Shown: piece by piece, positions 17,944 through 28,730 of the stretch | How positions within the stretch are numbered: position 1 is the stretch's first letter | Layout: every line of letters starts with the position of its first letter | From: Barthelona sp. PCE | Taxonomy: Eukaryota | DNA length: 64,000 nt | Reading direction: 5' to 3' | Assembly (NCBI GenBank): GCA_040285745.1 | Contig: JAUFOR010000008.1 | Coordinates: 248,001 to 312,000, forward strand | Translations under genes and position numbers: made by a program | Notes under the pieces: model-generated | The model's database searches: none | What the model saw: the letters and a program-made list of their open reading frames with translations, nothing else | What the model was told of the DNA's origin: nothing

Positions 17944-20427
17944 ATGGACGATTATTCGACGCCCATAAAGAAAGGTTCGAGGGCCTCTCGTAGGAAAATA
18001 GCACCACAGGTGCAAACACCGTCGCAACTGTTCACAGCAGAAAGATTTATTCCACAGACGGCTAAGAAGGTATCACAATCGGATTTGGACGTCATGTCAT
18101 TACAAAGCTCCATTTCTCGATACGGTGGGATCCTGAATTACTCGCAGGCACAAATTGACCATGCGCGTTTTTTGCTGCCTCAATTATTTGAGCTTATCCA
18201 GCAATCTGAAGAGGAGATGGTGCTCAACGAGGATCTCTTTGTTGCATGTATTTTGTATTTAGTGAATTTGGAGTTTTGCATTGATACTTTTAAGTTGAAT
18301 CGTGTTTTTGAGTTATTTAAAGGATTTTCACCAAAAGACTTCTTTGATTTCCTTAAATTCTGCTCTGTGCGCACCTCACAACGAACGAAGGACCTTATCA
18401 TACATTTGGAGCAACGTTTCCTTCTTTTAGGTTTATTGTTTAATGGTGTGACTTCAAAAGTCGATGATATGATGAAGGAGCTGCTCTCAATCTCCGAATA
18501 CGAAGATAGATTGATGACTTTTAACACAAAGCAGGCAATGGAAATTCTGTGGTTGCTCTTGATAGGTTACCTCCACCACACAGACCCTGATCTGACATTG
18601 AAGAGCCATGAGCTGTATCTTACAATGATTATGCTCATATGCACGTTCTTTGATGACCTGGGATTTAAATACAGAGCTATGGAGACTGGTTTGTCGTACG
18701 GGATTGAAACAACAAGCAGTTTTTGGTTTTTGTTAAATGATGATCTGCAGGCTATGCTTGACCTCGTCGAGCCTGCCAAGACTTCTGTTGACATATATTT
18801 GAATTTATTAACAAGTGATGAGGTGCTAGTGACATCAAACTCGAATGCTTTTGTGTGTTTTGTTACTCTTGATGAATCACAAGACAAGCTTAACAATTAT
18901 TATGAGGCGCTAGACTACATATTTGATGAGAGAATATTCCTTAACCAGCTGGAACTGAAGAAAAAGAGCTTGTTTGACGAAGGTATTGAGATGCAAAAAA
19001 ATAAGCTGAGGAAGAAGATCTCGTTCGACTCTGATAGCGAGAGCGACAGCGAGAGAATGAGATCTATTATGGAGAGTGATCCTGAGTCAGAGTACGACAG
19101 TGAAGCAGACTTTCAACAACAGGACAGGAAGCGTGTTGAGGAGGCAGAAGTGTACCTGATTAGAAGTTACACCGCAAAGAAGTATTTAGAGAAGGTTATC
19201 ACACAGATGAAGATGGAAGATGAAGAATTCATGGAAGATGTAGTTTTTAAACCTTTGCATGATGGGTTTAGCGAAGAAGAGAATGAGTTATTTGTGGATT
19301 GTTGCAGATGGTTCTTCTATAATTTATTTATTCGCTCACAAACAAAGCAGAAGGACGTCAATACACTTTCTCAAAATGTTTCGCTTTTTAACGGTGTTCG
19401 TTTGCTTTGGACTGTGGTTCTTCGCTTTTTACAAGAGGACGGCAGCCTATCAACATCGATGGAACTCTTGAGCGACGATCTGCTATTCGATAGAGACCTT
19501 GGCTTGTTCAAGGACAGTGATGAGAATAGTGTTTTCAGTATTCTGTTTTTTGGGTTCTTTAAGGTACTACACCTGACGTTCAGGTACTTTACAGACGTCC
19601 CAGTTTACATTCTTGATCATCTGGAGCTAATACTCACAGATTTGCTCCAGTATCGTTGTTTTTGTACGCCTGTTTTGAACAAAGACGAGAGTGTACATTC
19701 CATGTTTGTGGTCTCAGAAATGGCATACACAATCGAGGGGCGTGTTGGTATGCCACCTGTTGCACATGATAAGAGGCATACGACAGTTCTACTTCTTGTC
19801 AAACGTCTTCAAAATGTCATTGAGTTCAGATTCAGATACATGTTTGACATGGTGAGGCGCCAAAGGAAGCTGTTGGTGCGTGCCAATGATCTGCAGAAGG
19901 CTATTGTTAACTGCACCAACTTTTTGGTGAGCTGTTCGTTAAGGTCGCAAAACAGTTTTATTACGTTGTTTAAAAACAGAAATATCGATACGCTCGTTAT
20001 ATGTGTGCTGTATGCATACCTGAGGATGGTGCTGGGAGATGACAAGATTACATTTAGAAAGTTGTGCACTTTGTACCGACGCTACATGTCTAAATCTACA
20101 CATTCAGAGATCTTTAAGTACAGATACAAAACCATTTATCGTGAGATTCATGTTGACGGTGGTAAAAAGATTGATATAGTCCATTTTTGGAATGATATTA
20201 TGTTACCAAGCGTAGGTAAACTTTTGATTAAGCAGCTGAGCGGGGATAATGTTGGAGGTTCTATTGTTATGAACAGCCCTAATGTTTTAACTAGACCAGC
20301 ATCACAAGTATCACCTGTCTCCAAAAAATTGTCCCTCATGCTTAACCCACAAAATGATGAAGGTGAGGGCAATGAAGCCTCAAGTATGTTCTCACCACAT
20401 GTCACAAAGGTTCAGAGAAGAAAGTAA
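17944..20427 (+). CDS. Retinoblastoma-family pocket protein (divergent)
   Basis: A-pocket-like FFKVL...ILDHLELI. B-pocket-like FKNRNIDTLVICVLYA...ITFRKLCTLY...DIVHFWNDIMLP. S/T-P sites cluster at both termini. Confidence 0.72.
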   Translation: MDDYSTPIKKGSRASRRKIAPQVQTPSQLFTAERFIPQTAKKVSQSDLDVMSLQSSISRYGGILNYSQAQIDHARFLLPQLFELIQQSEEEMVLNEDLFVACILYLVNLEFCIDTFKLNRVFELFKGFSPKDFFDFLKFCSVRTSQRTKDLIIHLEQRFLLLGLLFNGVTSKVDDMMKELLSISEYEDRLMTFNTKQAMEILWLLLIGYLHHTDPDLTLKSHELYLTMIMLICTFFDDLGFKYRAMETGLSYGIETTSSFWFLLNDDLQAMLDLVEPAKTSVDIYLNLLTSDEVLVTSNSNAFVCFVTLDESQDKLNNYYEALDYIFDERIFLNQLELKKKSLFDEGIEMQKNKLRKKISFDSDSESDSERMRSIMESDPESEYDSEADFQQQDRKRVEEAEVYLIRSYTAKKYLEKVITQMKMEDEEFMEDVVFKPLHDGFSEEENELFVDCCRWFFYNLFIRSQTKQKDVNTLSQNVSLFNGVRLLWTVVLRFLQEDGSLSTSMELLSDDLLFDRDLGLFKDSDENSVFSILFFGFFKVLHLTFRYFTDVPVYILDHLELILTDLLQYRCFCTPVLNKDESVHSMFVVSEMAYTIEGRVGMPPVAHDKRHTTVLLLVKRLQNVIEFRFRYMFDMVRRQRKLLVRANDLQKAIVNCTNFLVSCSLRSQNSFITLFKNRNIDTLVICVLYAYLRMVLGDDKITFRKLCTLYRRYMSKSTHSEIFKYRYKTIYREIHVDGGKKIDIVHFWNDIMLPSVGKLLIKQLSGDNVGGSIVMNSPNVLTRPASQVSPVSKKLSLMLNPQNDEGEGNEASSMFSPHVTKVQRRK

Positions 20428-20589
20428 ATAGTTAAGTTAGAAGCCGGTGCTGGAGTCTTTGAAATTTGAAATATTTGATGCAGGCTAGTCAAACAACTAT
20501 CAATAAATGACAATGAAATAACAAACTAAACGTAAAAACACTTCAAAAAACATGTTTACCATTTTTTTTCCCTTTTTCCTTTAAAATAT

Positions 20590-21072
20590 ATGAATTTTTG
20601 TAAGTTAATTTTAAGTGTTTTGTGGTTTCCCATTGGTCTTGCTGTTGCACTTTTGTATTTAATATTTGGAACGATTTTTTTTTTCAGCCGGACTCTGCGA
20701 GATTCTTTCTGGGCAATAGCGTGCATCTGGATGTTCCCATTTGCTTCTTTTGTCGTCTATGAGACTAATAATCACAATCAAACACTGGCATTGATCGTCA
20801 ATGTCTTACTGTTTCCAATTTCACTTGCCTGTTATATAGGCATTGTTGCCATGTCAGTTGTTCTCATGATAACAATTGTATTCATACCTTTTGCCACCGT
20901 TTTATTACGAATTTCCTCAAAAACTGCTTTTTTCCCCATCGGCAAGCGAGTTTGTACTGTCAACGAAATGGATCAGTTTGTGCGTCACCATCGCATCGTT
21001 TACCAGCCTATTGTTATCCAGCAGCATAATAACATTCATACACATAACAATCCTTTGTACCCATCAGTGTAA
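20590..21072 (+). CDS. yccF: YccF-like (inner membrane component domain) membrane protein
   Basis: Two repeats of the YccF pattern: LWFPIG...WMFPF and NVLLFP...ITIVFIPF...FFPIGKRV. Confidence 0.7.
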   Translation: MNFCKLILSVLWFPIGLAVALLYLIFGTIFFFSRTLRDSFWAIACIWMFPFASFVVYETNNHNQTLALIVNVLLFPISLACYIGIVAMSVVLMITIVFIPFATVLLRISSKTAFFPIGKRVCTVNEMDQFVRHHRIVYQPIVIQQHNNIHTHNNPLYPSV

Positions 21073-21324
21073 ATATTATTTTTATGGCTGTCATCCGGGT
21101 AAATGCTTTTTTTTCTTGAACTAATTATGAATGGTTTTGAAAATTTGAGAATCATTAATTAGTAATCAGGGAAACTATTCTTGTTGACCTCTGACAAAAT
21201 CATGCGGTGTGCGCTTCTTTAATAAGTTATACAACCATTATTCGAGATTAGTATCAGGAATTGAAACCTTGTTTCTGCAATCAAAATTTTAACCTCTTTC
21301 AACTTGATTTAATTATACACAAAT

Positions 21325-21705
21325 ATGGGTGATACTGTCATTGTACTCGGGGCTAGTCCTAAAGAAGAACGTTTCTCGAACCGTGCTGTAGCTGCACTCA
21401 AATCACATGGACACACAGCCGTACCTGTTCATCCTAAAGCCGAAATCATCCACGACATCCCTGTGGTTAACGACATCGCCGGTTTATCCGCTGTAGAAGC
21501 CGATGCTGTGTCTGTATATCTTTCTCCCGCAAGATTCACAGTTGAATACGTTCAGAGCTTACTGGACACGCTTCCCACAAAGCCCAAGCGGTTCATCTTT
21601 AATCCCCACACCGAGAACGAAGCAGTTTATGCTGTTTTGAGGGAGAATTCCATTGAGATTGTTGAGGCATGCACCTTAATCATGCTTGATGTAGGCACCT
21701 GGTAA
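21325..21705 (+). CDS. CoA-binding protein (CoA_binding_2/YccU-like), bacterial type
   Basis: VLGASPKEERFSN, PVHP, VSVYL, FIFNPHTEN and EACTLIML motifs; 126 aa. Confidence 0.88.
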   Translation: MGDTVIVLGASPKEERFSNRAVAALKSHGHTAVPVHPKAEIIHDIPVVNDIAGLSAVEADAVSVYLSPARFTVEYVQSLLDTLPTKPKRFIFNPHTENEAVYAVLRENSIEIVEACTLIMLDVGTW

Positions 21706-21820
21706 ACTATTCTCAGGCAGAGATAGGATAAGCACAATGATTCATATCAGAATAAAATAGCATTTCTAAAGTATTTAAAGCATAAAAACAAAGAATGGAA
21801 AATTTACATCATGCACAAAT

Positions 21821-23875
21821 CTAGCTAGGGATACGCTTCTGAACAGCCTCTACTATTTCTGCCAGCGTTTTAACATCACTGCTAAACGCAGACAAGGCAC
21901 CCTTGATTGAGCCCAATTTTGTTCGTGATGTTACTGCTGGTACGATTATATACAAAACTGTCGCCACCATCTGCCTTACATTAACAACTGAATCGTGTAA
22001 ATGTCCCAACAACACTTGAACTATAGGATCAATGAGGGCTGTCAACTGCTCGACTTCATGAATCTCTGCGATACGCATTTCGGCAGGTGTCATTAGGAAT
22101 ACATCATAATTAACACAATCTTCAATAGTAATATTCTCGAAATTGTTGAAGAAGTTGTTTGTTCTCTGCAACTCACGATGAATAAGTTGCATCTTTGAGA
22201 AAGACTCTGTACTTAACCTCTCGGGTACAACGAGTTTTTTGGGGAATTCATTCAGCGCATGTGAGATATTATATAGGTTGAGACCTAAAATAGCCCTCTT
22301 GAAACCAACCTTGGTCTCGGCTATATAAGCCATCGAGTGGGAGTACGAGAAAAACCTGAACATCTCACCCAGATTGACGAGAGAGCCTAGCGCAAGTAAT
22401 GCGTTCTGCCTATGAAGATAATGTGTTGAGTTGGAGATGTCAATTAGTTTTGGAATAACAACCGTCATAATCATCTGTTGAGGCAGCACCCGTGACATGA
22501 ATCCGAGCGTGAACGCAGCCATGCGGCGCACAAAAGCAGTGTTACAGACGAGAGCTTCGAATACATCGGTCAAAAGGACGTCAACTTGCTTGCGACCCAA
22601 TATCTTGACTGCAAACGGAACTTGTAACAACAGCAAGCCTCTGGTGTGGAAGTATGAGCTCCTGAGGGAGTTCCTGAATGTTTCAAACAAGGGGGATGAG
22701 GCCAAATTGTTAACCGTAGCAAACACCAAATGTAGATATCGAGCCGCTGCTTCAGACACGAAGGGGTCCTCGTCAACCAGAAAGTTGTTAACCATCGTTA
22801 CGATCTTCTGACTGGCGAGGTTAGAGCCCATCAAGGGAGTTAAGAGACAAATACCCTTGGCGGTGTTTGCGCGAACCGCAGGGGCAGGATCGGTGGCGAG
22901 CACCTGCAACGCTGGAAGAACGGATCTCTTGAGGACCTCTGTGCTCAGGTTGGAGGCAAAGACGTAGATAGATGAAGAAATTTGCTTACGAATCTCCATT
23001 TCAGGATCCTGCAGTCTGTTTGTGAATGTGTTTACCAAATAAGTCTGGCATACCTCTCTTCCACACGCCTGTGTGATCCTCCTCCACTGTTTGCATACAG
23101 CAAGTCGAACCAGCCATTCGTTATCTGAACCAAGCTGTTTAAGAGCAGGAATACTGAGTGGGATGACCTCCGAGGCCGGAAGCGCGATGATGCTTGAGAC
23201 CAACGGCTGCACAGTTGTTGCTCGAGTCTCGAGGGACTCGTCATTCGTCAAATCAATGAGAATGGGAAGTAGGACGTTTAGTGCAGAATCGGGCTCAACA
23301 GCTAGGAATAAACTGGGCAGGTTGTGAGCAACAGCACGCTTAACCAGGGGCACGTTGTCCTTTGATAATTCTGTGAGGAACGACAAAAGCTCTTGTTTCT
23401 GATTACTGGTACAACAAGGATATACAGCAGGGAAGAGACGACAGCATGCGATACGGATCTGGAACTCCTCTGAGGTGGTGGACTTCTTGATCAGATCAAA
23501 ACCACGAATGCTGACGTCCTCTGAGTTCATTTCGGCTAAGACACATGTTAATGATTCAGCTGCTTTTTCATGAACAAGCATTTCTGGGAATCCTAGGAGC
23601 ATGGAGAGGATGTCAACCAGGACATGAGCATGCTCCGGACCACCGACAAGGGGGACGAAATTTGCAAGTTGGGCGCTGAAGATATACAGAGCGTCGTTAC
23701 CGAATGTGGGAAGCAGATTGAGTAGCGTTGGAAGCAGTATGTCGCGCGTATTCGATGCTCCTATCTGTTGAGCGATGAACCTTATTGCACCAAGACTCTC
23801 AAGCGCTTCTCGATCATCGTCGTTCGTCTGAAGGTCCTCCAAAAGAACTGTGACAAATTCTAGAGAATTGGACAT
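21821..23875 (-). CDS. PPP2R1A: Protein phosphatase 2A scaffold (A) subunit-like HEAT-repeat protein
   Basis: HEAT repeats with PP2A-A-like segments: FVPLVGGPEHAH, DNVPLVKRA, DNEWLVR, LQDPEMEIR, HYLHR, DSVVNVR. Confidence 0.85.
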   Translation of the reverse strand: MSNSLEFVTVLLEDLQTNDDDREALESLGAIRFIAQQIGASNTRDILLPTLLNLLPTFGNDALYIFSAQLANFVPLVGGPEHAHVLVDILSMLLGFPEMLVHEKAAESLTCVLAEMNSEDVSIRGFDLIKKSTTSEEFQIRIACCRLFPAVYPCCTSNQKQELLSFLTELSKDNVPLVKRAVAHNLPSLFLAVEPDSALNVLLPILIDLTNDESLETRATTVQPLVSSIIALPASEVIPLSIPALKQLGSDNEWLVRLAVCKQWRRITQACGREVCQTYLVNTFTNRLQDPEMEIRKQISSSIYVFASNLSTEVLKRSVLPALQVLATDPAPAVRANTAKGICLLTPLMGSNLASQKIVTMVNNFLVDEDPFVSEAAARYLHLVFATVNNLASSPLFETFRNSLRSSYFHTRGLLLLQVPFAVKILGRKQVDVLLTDVFEALVCNTAFVRRMAAFTLGFMSRVLPQQMIMTVVIPKLIDISNSTHYLHRQNALLALGSLVNLGEMFRFFSYSHSMAYIAETKVGFKRAILGLNLYNISHALNEFPKKLVVPERLSTESFSKMQLIHRELQRTNNFFNNFENITIEDCVNYDVFLMTPAEMRIAEIHEVEQLTALIDPIVQVLLGHLHDSVVNVRQMVATVLYIIVPAVTSRTKLGSIKGALSAFSSDVKTLAEIVEAVQKRIPS

Positions 23876-24117
23876 GGAACACGAACACAAAATGAAGATA
23901 AAAATGCAAAAACACACTCATGGATTGTTCAGAGATAAACTTTGGGCCTCAAACGGTTTTATTGTAGATTTATCCCTGTTAGAATACATAGATGTTGATA
24001 ATGCAGAACTAAATGCCTGTCGTAAATGAATCTCTGTTGCATTTCTGATTCCTCTGCCCATAATCAATGGGCACCCTCAAATATAATATTTACACACAAA
24101 AATGGTTGGAATAACAA

Positions 24118-25869
24118 ATGTTTGGTGATGTAAAACCTGTTGTATCATATATATCCCCCTATCACTGTTTAATGGAATTAGAACTCAGTAGTCTTCTTCC
24201 AGGGACACCCGTGCGGCGTAAAAGATCAGCTACAAACACTAAAATCAGAACAAACACACCCAGTCCAAAATTACAGGCCACGCTTTCATTTTCAGGTAAA
24301 GCACTATTCGAAAAGGGAGTACAATCAGCACTTTCAAGCTTTGATATTGATGAATTAATTAAATCAAGCACTGAAACGTGTGAAGCAAATTTGCAAGAGC
24401 TTGTTCCAGTGTTTAACTCACATCGTTTGAACTTAGTTCTTGAGACTGCGCACCGAATGAGCACGGCAACCCAGTTAGAACGGTCAGAACTGGCAAACAC
24501 TATCAATAATTTTGGTGGCATGAGTGAGTTTAGTGCCACCACATGGTATGCTAAGCGCTCAGCCAAACTAACACGCTTAGAACGCGAGAGAGCTGAGCTG
24601 ACGACGTACCAAAGGAAGGTTGCAGGTAGTATTCGTACCGCAAAAAAGAAACAACCAGAGACAGTACAAGCATTGAAAATTCATTCAGCTCTTATTTCTG
24701 AGCTTTCAAAGCAGCTGAAGGACGCCATCGAGGCACTACGTGCGGAGATCGAGACAAATAGATTTGAATTTGCTTCATTAATGCGCCGCAAGAGGATCTT
24801 TGATGAAAGCCAGAGTTGTCCCTTTTTTTCGGATATAGAGCAAGAATCAGACATCAAAATAGACCTTGACGATACTGTAGCGTTTGAGAAGGCAGTTATC
24901 GGTGGAAAATATCAGCAAATGACACTTAACGAAATGGTTCATGCACATGGTAGCATCAGTAAGAACCGTAAACGTGTTCTTTTCGCGAAAGACGAGCACT
25001 CAATGGCTTGGGACTTCATTGTAGTCGCTAAACTCATTGCTCGTGGTGGTTTCTCCACTTGCTTCGATGCGCTGGAATTCACAAAGGCCTCAGTTAGTCC
25101 AAGTCGCAGAATAGCTCTCAAGATTATTTCCCTGGACAACGACGAGTTCTGCGGATCATCAATCATGAACATGGGAAGGGCCGACCTACAATGGTTTGTG
25201 CGCCACATGTTTCAGGAGGTCGAAGTGTGGAGCCAGTTGGAGCACAAGAACGTAGTTGGGTTCTATGGAGTTGTTAAGTTCGACCCTTCACATATAGGGC
25301 TCAAGTCCGAATTTTGTGGTGGTGGAGACCTGCATACACTTATTGTGAAGAAGGTTTTGAACCCAAAGAGGATTAGAGCAATTGTTTATGATGTTGTTAA
25401 TGCTATTTCTTATCTTCATTCTAAGCATATAATTCACTACGACGTTCAACCAAAGAACATTTTATTAGGTGGCACTCTTGATTTAACTGCAAAAATCACA
25501 GATTTTGGTCTTTCCAAAATTACTAAACAAAAAACGCATGACGGGCATCTAAAGAGGGAAAATACTGCGGTGGGCGCAGGCGTGCCTCTGTTCCAGGCCC
25601 CAGAAACACAAATGTCCGGTGAGGTGACGTCAAAAGCTGATATTTGGTCACTTGGAATGGTTGCTCTCCGTTGCTTCGTTGACTACGACGCATGCGCACA
25701 CATACGGTCGCAAATCGCAGCAGGGCTGTCAACAAATGAGCTCATAAAGTGTATCGAGGAGAAAATTTCACCACATGCGCGGAGCTTCATCACTGCTTGT
25801 TTGGCGCGTAACGTAACTGCTCGTCCGAGTGTGGAAGACCTGCTTGCCCACGAGTGGTTCCAAACGTAA
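24118..25869 (+). CDS. Tousled-like Ser/Thr kinase (divergent)
   Basis: Coiled-coil N-terminus; RGGFS, IALK, IIHYDVQPKNILL, KITDFGLSK, GAG..., SKADIWS. HYD, GGFS and GAG are TLK traits. Confidence 0.75.
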   Translation: MFGDVKPVVSYISPYHCLMELELSSLLPGTPVRRKRSATNTKIRTNTPSPKLQATLSFSGKALFEKGVQSALSSFDIDELIKSSTETCEANLQELVPVFNSHRLNLVLETAHRMSTATQLERSELANTINNFGGMSEFSATTWYAKRSAKLTRLERERAELTTYQRKVAGSIRTAKKKQPETVQALKIHSALISELSKQLKDAIEALRAEIETNRFEFASLMRRKRIFDESQSCPFFSDIEQESDIKIDLDDTVAFEKAVIGGKYQQMTLNEMVHAHGSISKNRKRVLFAKDEHSMAWDFIVVAKLIARGGFSTCFDALEFTKASVSPSRRIALKIISLDNDEFCGSSIMNMGRADLQWFVRHMFQEVEVWSQLEHKNVVGFYGVVKFDPSHIGLKSEFCGGGDLHTLIVKKVLNPKRIRAIVYDVVNAISYLHSKHIIHYDVQPKNILLGGTLDLTAKITDFGLSKITKQKTHDGHLKRENTAVGAGVPLFQAPETQMSGEVTSKADIWSLGMVALRCFVDYDACAHIRSQIAAGLSTNELIKCIEEKISPHARSFITACLARNVTARPSVEDLLAHEWFQT

Positions 25870-25874
25870 CGCAT

Positions 25875-28730
25875 CTACTGATACAAAAGTGATTCAGAAA
25901 AGTTACTTTCCACGGTACCTTTACGACTCAGTGGAGGACGTTCACGACTGAAAAGATCAATGACGATGATGTCATCGTTGTACAGCGTGTGCAGGTCACA
26001 TTTCTCGTGCCACAGAGGTAGTTGGACAACACTACAGTGTTCTGTTGTTGGCTGATACTCCCAATGTAAAGCGCACATATCATAGATGTATCTACCACGC
26101 ATAGCCAGTGTAATGTTCTCGAATAGAAAGTCGTAGCGCTCAACATCTGACAGATTTTCCAGCTCGTCAACACCTATACTGAACTCGAGCCGTAAACCCT
26201 TTTCGACACTGAAATCATCATCAATAAGTTTGCTGCATGCAGCGAATGCACGGTGCAGCATCACGGCAGGGTCTTGGACAAAAGCGTCTATGAGAGCCTC
26301 CAACGTCTCATTTTCTGCTATACAAACCACAGAAAGCGTAAACTTATCATCACTAATGCATTCTCGCGTCTCGTGATAGATCTTGTTCAACCTGTTCCTG
26401 CAACGGGTGGCGATGTCTCCCTGACACACTTCATCATAGTTGAGGCGTACGTGAGGGCAATCGAACTGCTGGTATACAGAATTCCAGAAACGATCGAAAC
26501 AGTCTGCTGGGAAGATCACATAATCCTTGAACGGAAACAGTCCGTTCAAGGCAGGGTTGTAAGGGTCCATAGGGTTGAAAAGCAACCCGTTTGATTCTAA
26601 TTTCTTCATATTCAAAAGCGGCATTCTGTTTTCAGGCTTGGAAAAAGACAAGTTAATGACCACGTTGATGAATGCGCGTGGCAAAACTACCATATCCCCC
26701 ATGCTGATATCGTTGAAAGTGTCAACAGCAGTACCAAGTAAAATCTCTCCGTATGATTGATATTTCTTCTTGTTGAGCTCGGTTACCGTTCCCTTCCACA
26801 GACCTAGTTCCTTTAAATCTGCAATGCACTGAAGCGTGCGGTCCTTACGCTTCGACAGAACAGGCTCGTCATCATCAATTACAATTACCTGCTTCGAACA
26901 GTCTTTGCACTTCTTGACGTTTGCGCGAATCCATGTTGTGTTTGGAAAAAGCTCTGATATTGTAGGAAGCGCCTCCTCCCTAATTTTGCTCTTTTGGCGG
27001 CCAGTGTGCTGTCCATGCGGGCATATAAGCATATCATTCAAATCCAAATCCTTACTCATTTCGTACTGTTTCTGCGCAGCCTCGAACCTTATCTTATCGA
27101 TGAAATAGCTGGCGCTCGTTATCTTAGGACCTTTGTTAAGCTCATAAAACCTTGAGAAAAGTGTGTTATTGCTTGCATTCGCACTCTTTGCGGTTATAAA
27201 CTGATGCAAACACTCGCAACATATCTCAGCATCCAATACCGTAGAAAACGATGCTTTCCAGCCCATGGTGCTGTATGTGTCCATCAAGGCACGGTGGCAC
27301 GCCCCATCTATGCGAACGAACGGGTTTCCAGCAGAAAAACAATCTATCTTGCCGTGCTCACATATTGCTTGCTCCATGAAGCCATCAACTGAGCTGATGA
27401 CGAGTTCGTGTTTGTCAGCATTGATAACGCACCTCGGTGTGAGAATTCGCTCGATGCTTGATCGAGGTACCCAAAAACCGTCGGTTTCCGGCGCAGACTC
27501 AGGTAGCACCTTTTTTAGTTTTTTGGCCGCTGCTGCGATTTCTCTGAGTATTCTCTTGTGTAGACCGGATTCAATGACATTCTCGAACATACGTACCGAA
27601 TCAATGTCGAACACGTGTTTGATAGATTGCAATGGTTCATCAACGCCATCTGCGTTGTAAAGAATGGCAAAAGGGCTGCTCAGCTTGTACCATACAGTTT
27701 CAGCAGTGACAGTTACTCCGGTTGACGAGGTTGTATCCACATCAAATATCTGACGTTCAGGTTTCTTTGTCTTTTTGATGTTTTCGTCCGACATTCGGTA
27801 GAAGTTCCCGTTTAGAAAACGGAAGAATACATAATGTCCTGACTCCAACTCTCCTTGATGATTAATATATCCCTGGAGTGTATATCGTCTGTTTTTGACT
27901 ATAATTACCTCTGGTGTGAATATTTTAAACGCACGCTTAACAAGTGTACCTCTCAGTGGATCGTACGCCGCGAAGTCAAATCTAAATATGGCTGATGATC
28001 CAGTTTCATCAATGTGCATAACCCGAGCGTAGTCGGACTCCTTATGACAGAAACTGCATGTATATCCGTGTATCACCTGTGTAGAGCCCTCATCCAGTGA
28101 GGTAATAAAATTCTGAGATATTGGTAGTGATAGAGAGAGTTGCATATTATTACTGGCTGTTTTTGCGTTACAATGAACACACTCTCCTTCGAATTTGGTG
28201 CTGATACAAAAGAACTTTGTTGCAAAATCTGATTTAATTCGACGATCGATGAAATTGACCAAAAGCTCAAAAAACTCAATAGAGTCTTGTTGTATATGGA
28301 TAGGAAGCTTCAGCAGGTCAACGAGCGGGTTTGGATCAATAGGAGTTATTACATCATATCTTAAACGAAGCAATATCGTTACCATTTTGAGCAAAACATC
28401 ATCTGGTGTATCTTGCGGCAGAGTGGCAGCGAGAATCGCCGGGAACTTAGTGAATGCAAGCATCTGCAAACTCGAATTCATGTAACAAAGTTGTGAAACG
28501 TTGATCAACCCGTTTAAACGTGGTCTACGCTTTCCGTTCTCTGTCAAGTCTTTGATCTCAGCACGTGCCTTCTTGATTGCATCCTTATCAAAGTGATAAC
28601 AGTGAACATTCCCCAGGTTACCCTTACAGTTGCGATAATTACAAATGCCCCAATCAACAATAGTATTTATAATGAATTCACGGTTGTCTGTGGCTGTAAA
28701 CTGCAGCTTTAAAGGCAATTGATTGGACAT
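25875..28730 (-). CDS. USP48: Ubiquitin-specific protease, USP48/UBP26-like
   Basis: Cys box GLINVSQLCYMNS, QQDSIEF, His box HQG..SGHY; N-terminal RNCKGN; CEHG and CPHG motifs. Confidence 0.82.
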   Translation of the reverse strand: MSNQLPLKLQFTATDNREFIINTIVDWGICNYRNCKGNLGNVHCYHFDKDAIKKARAEIKDLTENGKRRPRLNGLINVSQLCYMNSSLQMLAFTKFPAILAATLPQDTPDDVLLKMVTILLRLRYDVITPIDPNPLVDLLKLPIHIQQDSIEFFELLVNFIDRRIKSDFATKFFCISTKFEGECVHCNAKTASNNMQLSLSLPISQNFITSLDEGSTQVIHGYTCSFCHKESDYARVMHIDETGSSAIFRFDFAAYDPLRGTLVKRAFKIFTPEVIIVKNRRYTLQGYINHQGELESGHYVFFRFLNGNFYRMSDENIKKTKKPERQIFDVDTTSSTGVTVTAETVWYKLSSPFAILYNADGVDEPLQSIKHVFDIDSVRMFENVIESGLHKRILREIAAAAKKLKKVLPESAPETDGFWVPRSSIERILTPRCVINADKHELVISSVDGFMEQAICEHGKIDCFSAGNPFVRIDGACHRALMDTYSTMGWKASFSTVLDAEICCECLHQFITAKSANASNNTLFSRFYELNKGPKITSASYFIDKIRFEAAQKQYEMSKDLDLNDMLICPHGQHTGRQKSKIREEALPTISELFPNTTWIRANVKKCKDCSKQVIVIDDDEPVLSKRKDRTLQCIADLKELGLWKGTVTELNKKKYQSYGEILLGTAVDTFNDISMGDMVVLPRAFINVVINLSFSKPENRMPLLNMKKLESNGLLFNPMDPYNPALNGLFPFKDYVIFPADCFDRFWNSVYQQFDCPHVRLNYDEVCQGDIATRCRNRLNKIYHETRECISDDKFTLSVVCIAENETLEALIDAFVQDPAVMLHRAFAACSKLIDDDFSVEKGLRLEFSIGVDELENLSDVERYDFLFENITLAMRGRYIYDMCALHWEYQPTTEHCSVVQLPLWHEKCDLHTLYNDDIIVIDLFSRERPPLSRKGTVESNFSESLLYQ

